64,000 bases of DNA from the human T2T-CHM13v2.0 reference genome, Homo sapiens, in the NCBI RefSeq assembly GCF_009914755.1, contig NC_060926.1; one strand, 5' to 3'. The notes under the pieces were generated by a model. That model was given only the letters and a program-made list of their open reading frames with translations. It did no database searches and was not told the DNA's origin. This document shows positions 27,340 to 40,646 of the stretch, piece after piece. How positions within the stretch are numbered: the first letter of the stretch is position 1; the number at the start of each line of letters is the position of its first letter. A program made the translations under genes and the position numbers.

Positions 27340-28110
27340 TAATTATTGAGTTGCCACTATGTGCCTGACTTTATTGTAGGCACTGGGAAATATAACAGTA
27401 AACAAAGGAGGTAAAAATCTCTCTCCTCGTGGCATTTGCAGACTAGTGGGAAGAGGTAGAAAACAAAAATAAATTAAATATGCAAAATATCAGATAAAGA
27501 GCAATGGAGAGAGTGGGTGGGATGGGAGAGGGGTCTTGAGATTTTGAATAGGGGTATTCAGGAAATGCCTTCTTAAGAAAGTGATAGATGAGCAAAGATG
27601 TGAAGGAAGAGAAGGAGGAAGCCACACTGCTATACAGTAGGAAAAGCAGGTGCACAGGCCCTGAGGCAGAAGTGTGCCTGGCTGTGTGGGGATTAACAAG
27701 GAAGCTAGTCAATGGAGCAAGGGTGGAAGCAGGCAGCGGAACCATTTTGGAGGCAATTGCAACGACCTCGGCTGGATGTGTGGATGACTTGGACAAAAGG
27801 GTAGCAATGGAGTTGGCAAGAAGTGATGAGAGTCTGGACTTATTTTGAAGGTAGAATAGGTGAGATTTGCCACAGGAGGGGATGTGGGTTATAAAAGAAA
27901 TAGAGGCCGGAAAATTGCTTGAACCCAGGAGGCGGAGGTTGCAGTGAGCCAAGATCGCACCACTGCACTCCAGCCTGGGAAACAAAGAAAACCTCCGTCT
28001 CAAAAAAAAAAAAAAAGAAAGAAAGAAAGAAAGAAGTAGAGGAGTCCATCCAAGATGATTCTAAGGTTTGAGGCCTGAGTTATTTGAAGGTTGGCATTGT
28101 CATAACAAGG
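27340..28110 (-). mobile_element. L2 fragment interrupted by a partial Alu
   Basis: ttattgag..cactatgtgcc..gtaggcactggg and downstream L2-like sequence. Confidence 0.65.
27905..28030 (+). mobile_element. Partial Alu (right-arm 3' part)
   Basis: ttgcttgaacccaggaggcggaggttgcagtgag..A tail; TSD aaagaa(a/g)taga. Confidence 0.9.
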
Positions 28111-29323
28111 TCTTTGGTAAAGCATTTTAAATAGGAGGAGGCCATGACTCTTGGAGCATGGTAACACTCTCAGGATTGGGGTTGTGGAAGAGGAACAAGT
28201 TGAGACCCAGTGCTGGAGATGAATTTCCACCCTTCTTCACCTGTAGGCACCAAAAACATCCCAACACCCCAATTTCATCTCATCCCACCCCCCTTTTTAG
28301 TGGTCACTGATTTAAAAAAATTAGTACAATTTATAACGAGAGATATGTAATTTACTTCCAATTAAATGCATAAATGTTAAAACCTTAGTGCAAAGAACTT
28401 TGACATTCATATACACCTGTGACACCACCACCCCATACCAGATGTAAAATATTGACTTAATCACAGAAAGTTCCTTCCTGCTCCATGGAATCACACTGTG
28501 TGCATGCTTTTGTGTCTGGCTTATCAGCCTTGACTTAATGATTTTGAGAATCATCCCTATTGTTTCATGTATGAGTAGTCCTTCCCTCTTGTCGCTGAGT
28601 ACTATTCCATGTTTGAATAAATCACAATCTGCCTGTCCATTCATCTATCCACAGGCATTTGGGCTATTTCTAGTTTGGGGCTATTATAAATGTAGCTGCT
28701 ATGAACATTTGTGCACAGCCATTTTGACAACATAGGTTTTCATTTCTCTCGGAAAAATACCTAGGAGTCAAAATGCTGGTTCATGTTGTAAGTGCACATT
28801 TAGCTTTGTAACAAAGTTCCAAATAGTTTTCCAAACTGTTTGAACCATTTTCCATTCCCACCAGCAATGTATGTGTTGCTGTATATCCTCCCGCGGTTTA
28901 GTGCTGCCAGTCGCTCTTGTGGATGGGTAGTAGTACCTCATTGTGGCTTTAATTTGCACTTCTAATTCATAATTAGCATTTCGACTACTATAATAACATT
29001 GAGTACTTTTCATGTGTATGTTTGTCATCCATATATCTTCTTTAGTGAAATGTTTGTTCAAATATTTTCCCAATGTGTTAATTGGGTTTTCTTTTTATTA
29101 TTGATTTACATAAAAATATTATATACTTTGAAGATGAGTCCCTTGTCAAATATATTTACTGTGAATATTTTGTCTGTGTCTGGGGATTATCTGCACATTC
29201 TTCTTTATTAACATTTATTTTGAAGTAATTTAAGACTTCCAGAAATAGAAAGTAAAATAAGACTTGCAAAAAATAATCCAAAGAATTTCCAAACACCTTT
29301 CAGCCAGCACCCATAAATGCTAA

Positions 29324-29717
<394 letters not shown>

Positions 29718-30039
29718 CACACACCAATTTTTTTCTGAACCATTAGAGACTAAGTGACAGAGATGATATTCCTTTATCTCTAATACTTCAAAGAATACTT
29801 TCTAAAAACAAGGACATTCTCTTACTGAGCCATAGTACAGTGATCAAAATCAGTACATTAATCGGGATATATTATTATCTAATCTGCAGACCTTGTTCAA
29901 AATTCACCAGTTGTCCCACAAGGCCTGTATAGAAAAAAGAAAAAAAATTACCAAGGCCAAAAATCCAAACCAAGATCACACGTTGCATTTAGTTTTTATT
30001 TATCTTTAGTCTCTTTTAATCTGGAACAGTTTGTCAGTC

Positions 30040-30130
30040 AGCCAGTCAATCAGTCTATCTATCCATCCATTCATCCATCCATCATCCATCCATCCATCCA
30101 GCCAGCCAGCCATCTATTCATCTATCCATC
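30040..30130. repeat. (TCCA)n/(CCAG)n compound microsatellite
   Basis: Direct inspection. Confidence 0.85.
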
Positions 30131-30771
30131 AATTACTCACTTATTGTCTTTCGCAACTTTGACACTTTTGAAGAGTACATAGCATTTATTTTGTAGACTA
30201 TTCTGTTCATTTTCTTCATGGTATCTTTTGATTAGAATAAATTTTTATTTTGATTAAGTGTAATTCATTGGGAGTTTTTTTTATTGTTAGTGCGTTTTGT
30301 GTCCTATCTAAGAGAATTCTGCCTTCTCTAAACTCATGAAAATTTCTGGATTTTTGTGTCTAGAGTGTTAGGGCTCTCACTTTTATACTTAGGTCTATCT
30401 ATCATCCATTTTCAATTAATTTTTTATATGGAGTGAGACAGAGATTGAGATTCATCTTTGTTTACCATATCCAGTTGTTCCAGCACCACTTCTTAAGATG
30501 AACTTCCTTTCCCCACTGAATTGCCTTCGTATCTTTATCAAAAATAATTTGGCCATACATACATGGTTCTTTTTCTGAAATTTCCATTTTGTTACACTAA
30601 CCTGTTCCTTATGCCAATACCACACTGTTTTGATTACTATAGCTTTATCATTAGTTTTGAGATCAGGTAATGTAAATCCTCCAATTTTGTTCTTTTTCAG
30701 TCTTGTTTTGTCTAATGTAGATCTTTTGTATTTCTGTAAAATTTTGTAACTACTATTTCCTTCTTAACATA

Positions 30772-31080
<309 letters not shown>

Positions 31081-31584
31081 TCAACAGATCAATTTTGGAG
31101 GACAATATTTTAAAATTATTGAGATTTTATAAACATATGTCATAACATGATAAATCTTTCCATTTATTTAGGTCTTCTTTAATTTCTCTCAGCAATGTTT
31201 CACAAGTCTTGCACATAATGACAGTTTTAGTCCTAAGTAATTAATGTATTTAATGCTATTGTAAATGATATTTTTAAAATTTCATTTTCTACTGTTTGTT
31301 GTTAGAACATAGTACAATTGAGTTTTGTATATTAACTGTGTACTACAATATTCTAGTTTCATTTTTTGTAGATTACATAGGATTTTCTGCATACACAATC
31401 ATGCTACCCGTGAATCATGATAGTTATCTTTTTGTCTTCGTTATACCATTTGGATTCTTTTTCTTTTATTTTTTCCTATATTGCACTGGCAATGACTTTC
31501 AGTACAATGTTGAATAGAATGTAAAGATTCTATTCTAAATTCAGTCTCTCTAAATAAGAATGTAAAGGATACTTCAGCGCATAG

Positions 31585-32455
31585 CAGGTATATCAGTTTG
31601 GGTCTAATTAAGAGACAGAAGTCACACAATGACTATAAAACAGAAAGTGACTATAAAGGAGAAGGCTAATATGAAGATCATTAAACTATGATAAAAGGTA
31701 AGTATAAGATGTAAGAGAACCCTTCATGGCACCCTAGGGCTGAAGGAGAGCAGCCAAAGAAGGATGAACTTGGAATGTGGTCCCCCTCTCCAAGGCCAGC
31801 ATTCAGACCTTGTTGGAGCAAGCATAGTTGCAGCCCAATGATTGGCAGAGAAGTGTGCTGGTTTGCACAGGCCAGAGCTGGTCTGTAGTTGCTGAGCAGG
31901 TAGGAAGCAGCTCTCACCTGGAGTGCAGATGGGTTTGAGTAAGCCACAACCAATGGCCAGCCACACAGGTGTGCAGGGAAAATGGGTGCTCATGTGAATA
32001 GGAGCCCTGAGCTGTGGTGTTTGTGTTAGAAGGGCTGCAGCACCAGAAGGTCACAGCAGGCAAGCCTGGGGGAAGCAGGCATAGGAAAGCAGAGGGAGTT
32101 GGGGCAGCAGTGCAGGCAGGAGGGCTGTGGCATGCAGGGTCCATGCTGCAAGAGCTGCAGAAAGATGACCACCAGGCCAGGCTGGAGCTGGGAAGTCATG
32201 AAGGGACCTTGTGTTCCAGGCATGTGGCCAAGGTGGAGCACTACCAGACATTCTCCCACCTGTGTCATTCGCCAATCTTGCAGTCACCAGAAACAGCAGG
32301 AGAGCCCCTTCCTGCTCCGGTGCCACTCCAGCATCCTCTGCTGAGAAAGTTTAACATCATGCTCACTGTAATACTCAAACAAATTCTGTCCATTATTGCA
32401 GAGCAGGTATTGAAGATACATTTGGAACTGGGAGACAACAAATTGATAAGTGACA
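31585..32455. mobile_element. Old LTR-like element (ERVL/MaLR class, family uncertain)
   Basis: Sharp switch to purine/GC-rich block with LTR-like ends (tatatcagtttgggtc.. and ..gtgaca). Confidence 0.4.
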
Positions 32456-32702
32456 TGGCATGGTTGAAGAATGAGGTTTCCTAAGAAATCAAGTATTTGA
32501 CATGCCCAATATTCTTTTAGAAAATTCTGGAATGAAAGTGAAAAGCAGAATCATTTTTTAATAGATGATGAACCCGATTCCTATGTTAAATTTAACTTTG
32601 CTCAAAGTTAAAGAAATTTCAAATGAAACTGTCTAGACCTTATGTCAAAATAAGCCCAATTGTATTAAAGAGTATTAAATTGTATTAAGAATAAAAACAC
32701 AT

Positions 32703-33085
<383 letters not shown>

Positions 33086-33900
33086 TCAAATATTTGCAAG
33101 TCTCTAGAATAAATATTATCGGAACTCAAATAAAAAGGCAAGCAGACTAAAGAAAATATTTTCATAATATAAACCAGGAAAAAGCCTCTGTCAGTATTGC
33201 ACAAAAAGCTCATGAAAACTGAAAGAAGATCAAAACTTTAATGTAAATGGGCAAAGGACATGAGTAGGTGATTCATAAACAGGACACACAAGTAATAAAT
33301 ATACATAAGAAAATTGTCAACTTTACTACCTCTTGTTGAGATGCAAATTAAAGCTGTAATGGGATACAGTTTATGCATTAAATTTGAAAAAATAAAATAG
33401 AATGCTGGCAAAAATAAAATACAGTAGAACTGGTAAATGGTTAATCGCAGTATAAATTGTTTAAACTTCTCTTGAATTCAGATATTCATATCCCTAGGGT
33501 AATCCTACTACTGAGACTATAACTGAAGGAAATAATTACAAAAAATAGGGGAAGTTTTGATGCATGTGTTTACAGCAGTCATTTTTAAAAGTGAAAAAGT
33601 GGGAACTAATTTAAATGTACATAAAAAAGGTCAACTATGGTGTAAATCACCCTATTAATTATGTAATTCATTTCACCAGGATCATGGTCAGTGACAAATG
33701 ATTTGGTCATGACCAAAAACCACTGGAAACTAATGCAGCACAATAGGCTATTTCTCAAACTAGAAAGCCTAATTAAAAGCAGAATAATAAAATTATATAT
33801 TTACATCACTGTTACTATCCCTGTGAAAAAGAATACGTGCATGCGAATGAAAACTAGAAAGTAACAGAAAATATACAATTGATTTATTAGGTTGACTTTC

Positions 33901-34200
<300 letters not shown>

Positions 34201-37200
34201 AATTTTTAAAGTTATATTATGACTAATATAGTGATGTCTGTAAATTTTTTTAAATATGGCAACTAAAATCAAAATAATCCAGGTACGTTGACAGAGAGGA
34301 GCTGAGCAAGACTCACCTCTCTTCTATATGATATACTTCTATTAAGTCAGCCTTATTTCTCATTAACTTTTTGCCAATTTTTGTGGAGACACATCACCCT
34401 GAGGCTTCGCATCTTACTGAGCGAGTTCTGGTAAGCCACGTCTCCTCTTCCTGTACTTGGGGGGCTGACTTTTTGGACGCTGATACAGAACTTTACATGT
34501 GTTCCTGTTATGTCTTTTCTTGGCCTGTATATTTAGTGCATCATTGAAGGCTCTCAAGATTTTTTTGGATTTTGATTTATACTCCTTAGTCACCATATAT
34601 TCTGAGTGCATGTTAGCTATACATTCTATAACTCCGTATCCATATTAAAATATGCAGGAAACTCCATATGTTCACCCAAGGCCGTGATAATGATGTCAAA
34701 CTGAGCAGTACTGAGTCCCAGAGCATATCACACCTATTAGCGAGCACTTTGATGCCGTTCACATCACAATCCACAAAAACAGCCTTGCATCCAGCACACT
34801 GATTGCCAGCTTAGCAATTAGAAAAGGTGATTGTCCTTCTTTTGTGGGTGGAAAATGAAGGCTTTAGGCTTAGAGAAAAGCTCAAGTGATTTCGCTGGGC
34901 CAGGACTAGGCTCAGTTGTAACCGGGGCCAAGCTTGCCCTCAGTATTTAAAGTCTCACCTGTGCCCTTTCCCCCTGATCTTACCCACCTCCTGCTATGGC
35001 GCCCATCCCATGCCACGCTCACTGGCCTGCAGGATCCTCAAATGTGCTCCTCAATTTTTCCTACCAAAACTTTGTATTTGATTCTTTATCCACACTCTAT
35101 CTCATGGAGTTATTGGCATTTTAAAAGGGATCCAAGTTTGAAAATAGAGAGATGACGTTCCAATGGTAGGACTTCAGGCATTGATGGTCAGACAGTAGAA
35201 ATTTGGAGAGTGGAAAGCTGGCACTGGGGTCTTAAGGGCAGCCCCTATAGCGACTGTTTGCAAAGCTGACCTGAAAGAGACAGGGAGTCCCCAGGGGACA
35301 AGATAGATTAGATCCTATGGTCCCACAGTCCTCCTCAAGCTCTTAATGGTATTTGGTTAGAATTTCTAACTCTTCAAATCTTGTTCATTCATTTAATTTA
35401 ACTTTCCTTCTATTCTTCCAACTGCCAGGTAGGTGAGAGAAATAGATGCCATCATCTTGATTGCCTGAGAAGGAAACAGGCAAAGTGGGCTTTAAAGACA
35501 GAAAATAACTGCTTTTCCCCAACTTGGGGCCTCCCCATCCTGCAATTTTGCACTGACTGACAGAATTCCTGCGGGGAAAACTGAGGCATCTTGCTTCTCA
35601 TGTAAACCTTGCCTGTCTCCTCATAAATATTTTATTTCCCAAAAGCCATTCCTACAAATTGCCTTATCATTTGCCAAGGATCTAGACCATCTGCCAAAGC
35701 AAGTTCACACATCCCTCCTTGCTGATAACTGGGTTTATCTGTTTGCATTTCTGTGTATCGTCGGTTAGTCTGGCTTATCTACTTATGAGATTGTGTGTTC
35801 TTTAACACACTGGACACCATATGGCCCCCAGCAGAGACAGCAGTCCTGTTGCCTACCTATGGGCACTATTTGTGTGCCTTTCAACCCTGACTATAAAATA
35901 TCAGGTCCCTAGTACATCTAAAATTTGTTTGGACTGGGAAGATTTTACAAAATTAGAATCAAAAATTTAGTTCTTCCCGCCCCTATTTTTAAAGCAATGT
36001 GTACAATATGCATACAGAATAAATAAATAACAAATTATTTACACAGTGAAACTAAATGAACTATAGCTACAAGCAACATCACCAAATCTTACTAACCTAA
36101 TATTCATTGACAAAAGCAAATCCCAGGAGACTACATAGACTATCACATTGTTTCTAAATTTCAAAAACACAACTAAACATCATTGAGGAGTCCCCCGAGC
36201 CACACATGTACACACTTACGCTCAGACTCAATACATCTGGGCTTGGCTGGTATTTTCCTTTCATTTCCTGGCACCGAATTCACAGGTGGATAGAACTGGT
36301 CTCATCAGGCTCCCTGGCTCCAGACTTCCTCAGCTCCTGGGTGCTACTCTTTTCCCCACAGACCCCTCCCCACTTCCTTAGTGTCCTGGCTGAGGCTGAA
36401 GCAACTTAGCATTCACCTGGCCCCCACCCCCTTCCTCCCACTCTCACCTGCTCTGTCAGAAAGAGGAGATGGTGCTTTCTCCATAGCTCTCTTCTTCCTG
36501 TGGTCTCCCTATTCTAACAAACACCAAAAGACTTTGGGTTTCTGAGAATCGCGCTCCTTGGTCTCTTAGTGCCATGGGCCTGTTAGAGCATCCCACTAAT
36601 TTATTCAGAGGTTGCTGTATCCTGCATCTTCACAAAATCTTGCTGTCCCTTCCACACTCGACCATGCCTCAGTTGAAGCTTGAGCAATAATTGGAAAGGT
36701 CCCCAGAGGCCACTCCATTGAGTGAGCATTGGGCCAAATCTGGACCCTCCATCATGGCAGCCTAGGATCTTGCAGCTCGATGACTTTTGCAGGCAAATTC
36801 ACAGATACATCCCCTTCAGTCTCTTTCCATTCATTTCCAGTCTCTTCATCTGTTTCCACTTTTCAGACACCCAAAGTTCTTCAATGATAACTATTGCCAC
36901 ATACATCATTCCCTAGGGGCCAACTATGTGCCCATTTCTGTGCTAAACACTCTATCTCATTTCATCAGACTCAGGACACTTCTCCATTTCTTGATTAATT
37001 CTGTGAGGTCTTGTTTTCCCCTTCAAATCTTAGGAATGATGTGCATTTCAGAAACAAAGTCCAAGGGGATTTTTCAGGATGATGCCTTAAAATGATCTCA
37101 TGATCACTACTATTTACTCCAAAATCAGGATTTAAGATTCTTTTGAAACTCTGAAATGTTTCTGGACAACAGAAAATAATCATCTGCTTCCAGTCTTCCC

Positions 37201-38298
37201 TGAGGACAAGCCAGCAGGAAACAGCTTTAACTTGTTGCATAAATTAATGAGATTAGAAGAAATAAAGCATTTCCTGACAATGAGAACTATAAAAAAAATG
37301 CACATAACAACTGAGGCACGTGGAGATTCATAATTGAGGCACGTGGAGATTCCCTGGAATAAGAATACTGAAGTCCTCAATGAGGCAAAGTCTCATCTAT
37401 TATATTTTCTCTTGAAATTATTATAATTTCAGGTTCCTTTCAGAAGCCCAAGTAATAAAATAAGAATTCTCCTCTCTTCCAACTTCTGTGGCTTTGGCTT
37501 CCTTTTGTTGATTCACCACTTCCATTTATTTGCTCTTCCACTACCAGAGTCCCTTGAATCTGAACGACTAAGCCTGATTTTCTTTGGGGGAAAATTTGTC
37601 TAGGTTTTACTTCCCCCCTTTAAGACATGACATGTGTGCACACATGCACATGTGTGTGTGAGCCATTCTAATTCTTTATTTCTTCAGTGAAAAACATACA
37701 CTTCATCTCTCCCTTCAAGTATTGCATGAACTCGATGAACTTAAGCCTTCTAAAGATAATGTGTTCAATTAACAGGCGATTTGATAAGTATGCTAGGAAA
37801 TGCCATGTACTCCAAGTCCTCAGAGAAGCTCTGGTTAGCTGGCTGCGGTGGGATCTGCTTTTGTGGAGTTTCTTCCCATGAGGGTATCAGTCAAGAGAAC
37901 CTGGAACCCAAGAGGCTTGTCCCAGGCAAGGAGGCTTGGATTCCTCCCGGGACCTGCTCCTGCGATCCAGAACCAGAGCATGCAATTGCTGGTGAGGGAA
38001 AGGCAGGATTCGGTCTTCATCCTTCATGGAGAGGTGTGTTCTTGGAAGTACACCTTCTGGGAGGAAAATGAGTTTTAGTAAATAAAGTTATTTTCTCCAA
38101 AAAGAGTTTAAGTTCCTTGGGCTTCAATAGGGGTTAAATAATTACTAGCTGGATTGGTGGTTTTAATTTTTAGTTCAGGAAATCCGATGTTATCTGATGT
38201 GATGGAAGGAAACAAAAACTCTGCAAGGAGAATACACATTGTCCCAAAGAGAAACTTGTTTCTAACATCTTCCCTAAGATGGCAAACGGGTCCAAGAC

Positions 38299-38322
38299 TT
38301 TGTGCGTGTGTGTGTGTGTGTG
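38299..38322. repeat. (TG)n microsatellite upstream of CNGA3 promoter
   Basis: Direct inspection. Confidence 0.9.
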
Positions 38323-38659
38323 TCCCCACCTTTAAACTTCAAACCCCAGATCTCTGTTGCTTACTCATCCAGTGTGGATTACACTACCAGCAAAACATCC
38401 CAGGAAGGAGTCCAGGGTGGCCGCCCACAGTTAGGAGAGAACCCAGAACGGAACGACGGACTTGTTTGCTTTCTTGCCCCTGACTCTCCCCGTCCTCCCT
38501 GGGAGGGTTGGGGATGTGAACTAATGACTTCTGCCTCTTTCGGACCGCCTTTGAGGCTCCAGAGCCTCACCTTACTTTCCCACGGAGAGGGAGGCCACAG
38601 GCTCCTTCAGCAGTCGCCGAGCAGAGTCCTGGGCCGGGAGCGCGGGGGAGGGAGCGAGC

Positions 38660-38738
38660 GGAACTGCGCCTAGGAGGCCGAGGGAGGAGGCGCTCCGCAG
38701 ACCCTGGCGCGCCGCGGAGAAGCTCAAACTTTGGCAGG
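38660..38738 (+). other. CNGA3: CNGA3 non-coding exon 1 (5' end uncertain; donor AGG|GTAAGG at 38739)
   Basis: Consensus donor inside the CpG island; CNGA3 is known to have a non-coding first exon far upstream of the ATG exon. Confidence 0.7.
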
Positions 38739-38877
38739 GTAAGGATTTTTAGGGGCTCTTGAGCTGGAATTTTTTGGGGGGCGCCGGGAGGTGTGCTGGG
38801 GCCGCAGACCCCATACAGGAGGTAAGTTAGAGAACCACACGCAGGGGAGGGATGCTGCTGCTTCCAGGGGCGGGCGC

Positions 38878-38905
38878 GGCGCTGTCCGCAGCCCCCGGTG
38901 CTGAA
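38878..38905 (-). promoter_or_regulatory. Non-canonical RE1/NRSE (REST site): TTCAGCACC-N9-GGACAGCGCC
   Basis: Both half-sites match the RE1 consensus exactly on the minus strand; spacer is 9 nt rather than 2. Confidence 0.7.
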
Positions 38906-40571
38906 ACGGGCCGCGGGCTGGAGAGAAAGTGAAAAAGGATCGGCTACGGCCTCGGCTCCCACTCCCCGGCTCCCATACCCCTCCAGTCCAGTTCAAAGGA
39001 CAGGAAGCCCTCCCCGTGCTCCCCAAGCCGATCGCACCCCCTTTTACTCACGTCCCACAGCCGCGCTGGGCCGAGCCCGCTGAGCCGTCGGGGCGGGAGG
39101 CAGAAGGAGCAGGGCTGGCTCCCGCTGGGGACGGGTAGGGCTTGCAGCCGCGACCCCACCCCATACATTTCCTCCTGTCACGCTGTCCCCGGACCGCCAG
39201 TCCGGGAAGGACCCACTTCCCCGGCTCCAAGTCGGGAGCGGGCGCCGCGTCTTCTCGAGTCCGCGCCGCGCCGGGGGAGGTTGAGTCAGTGGCCTGGAGG
39301 GAGCAGGGCCGGGGGAAGGCAGCGGCGAAGGACTGCCCCCCAACCCAGGGGACTATTTTCCCTTGGGGATTCAAAGAGAAAGGTAGGCTGAGGAGGAGGC
39401 GAGAATTAAAATTCTTTTAGGAGTGCGCGGTTACTTTTTTTAATGATAAAATCACACCCGGGATCTCGGACGCCCGGGGCTTAGTGCTCGGTGATGGAGG
39501 AGAAGGGGCGGCGGGCTCTCTGATCCTCTGCAATCCCCTAACCGGATAAAGGCGCCGGGCTCCCAGCCGTCAGGCTTTTCTCTTTAGCTCAGCCCGCGGC
39601 CCCTCCCGACGCCCCTGGGGGCCTTGGCGCGCAGGCCCTCGCAGTCCCGCAACCCCGGGCCGGGTGATTCATTTTTCTCCCTGTGTAATCTCCCTACTGA
39701 GCGGCGCAGCTGGGACTTTAACTTCGGCCCTCTGCAGCGGGGGTCTCCGGTTGGCGCGGCGCGTGAGGGAGGATGAATGGCGCTGGAACCTAGAGGACCT
39801 GGAGCCGGCGCCCCGGCCTCTTTGGCCTGAACCAGGTGCCTCTGACACGCAGTCCGCCGGCTCAGGCCTCGCCGGAAGCTGGCGGGAGCAGTCCCTTGCA
39901 GCGAAGCCCGGCACCCCGACGGCAGACGCTCCCCATCACATCTTCCAAAGGGGCGAGGCTGGGATCAGCAGGAATGGCACCCACCCGGGTTCAGACTCCA
40001 TCCCGGAGTGGACAGCTCGGTGCCCCTAACATTATGCACTGTCCGCCACCCCCTCCCCCCAACACATACACACTTTCATTCATGAAAACCAGCAAGAATA
40101 GTGCTGTCTGGGCACGGAGTCCAATGTACAGCGTGCGTTCACGCTGAGAATTCATGGGGGACGCGGGTGGTTGGGCCGGGAGAGGAGAGATGGTCACTTG
40201 TGTGTGGTATCCACCAACTGGGTCTTCTACGCCAGAGTCCCAGTTGTAGAAAAGTCGGCCAGGTCAGAGGACCCAGATGGGATTTCACTAAGCTGGTGGG
40301 AGCTTCTTTGCGTTCTTTGGGGTAGGGGGAAGGACAGGAACTCCCCCTGCTTCGCACCAATGCCCAAACACCGCACTTCCTCTTCAGCCTCGGTTCAGCC
40401 ACAGAGAGGGGCCTCCTCCTGTGTAGATGCCCGGAGGGGAGGAGCGGTGGTTCTTGGGGTGACTGGCTGGTGGAGGCAGGATCTTAATCACTTTAGCTGG
40501 GACTTTGGCCGTGACTACGTGTGCACTTGCCTTTGATGCTCCTGTTTCTATGTCTTTTCTGTCCTCATTCA

Positions 40572-40646
40572 CCATCTGCTAGTGGTGGCTGCCTCTGATT
40601 AATATTGAGGTTGCCATGGCGACCAGTCTCCAGTCGCCATGGTACC
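40572..40646. promoter_or_regulatory. Candidate enhancer: CAGATGG E-box, TAATCAG homeodomain site, two RFX X-boxes
   Basis: CCATCTG 40572-40578, CTGATTA 40595-40601, GTTGCCATGGCGAC 40610-40623, GTCGCCATGGTACC 40633-40646. Confidence 0.55.

Larger units (their letters stand above)
38430..40200 (+). promoter_or_regulatory. CNGA3: CpG island / CNGA3 promoter region
   Basis: Very high GC and CpG density versus flanks, GC boxes, contains strong splice donors, nearest island upstream of the CNGA3 start exon. Confidence 0.88.

Noticed and set aside
37312-37352. CRISPR-like repeat-spacer
   Set aside because: Only two units with a 5-nt gap in eukaryotic DNA; a simple tandem duplication
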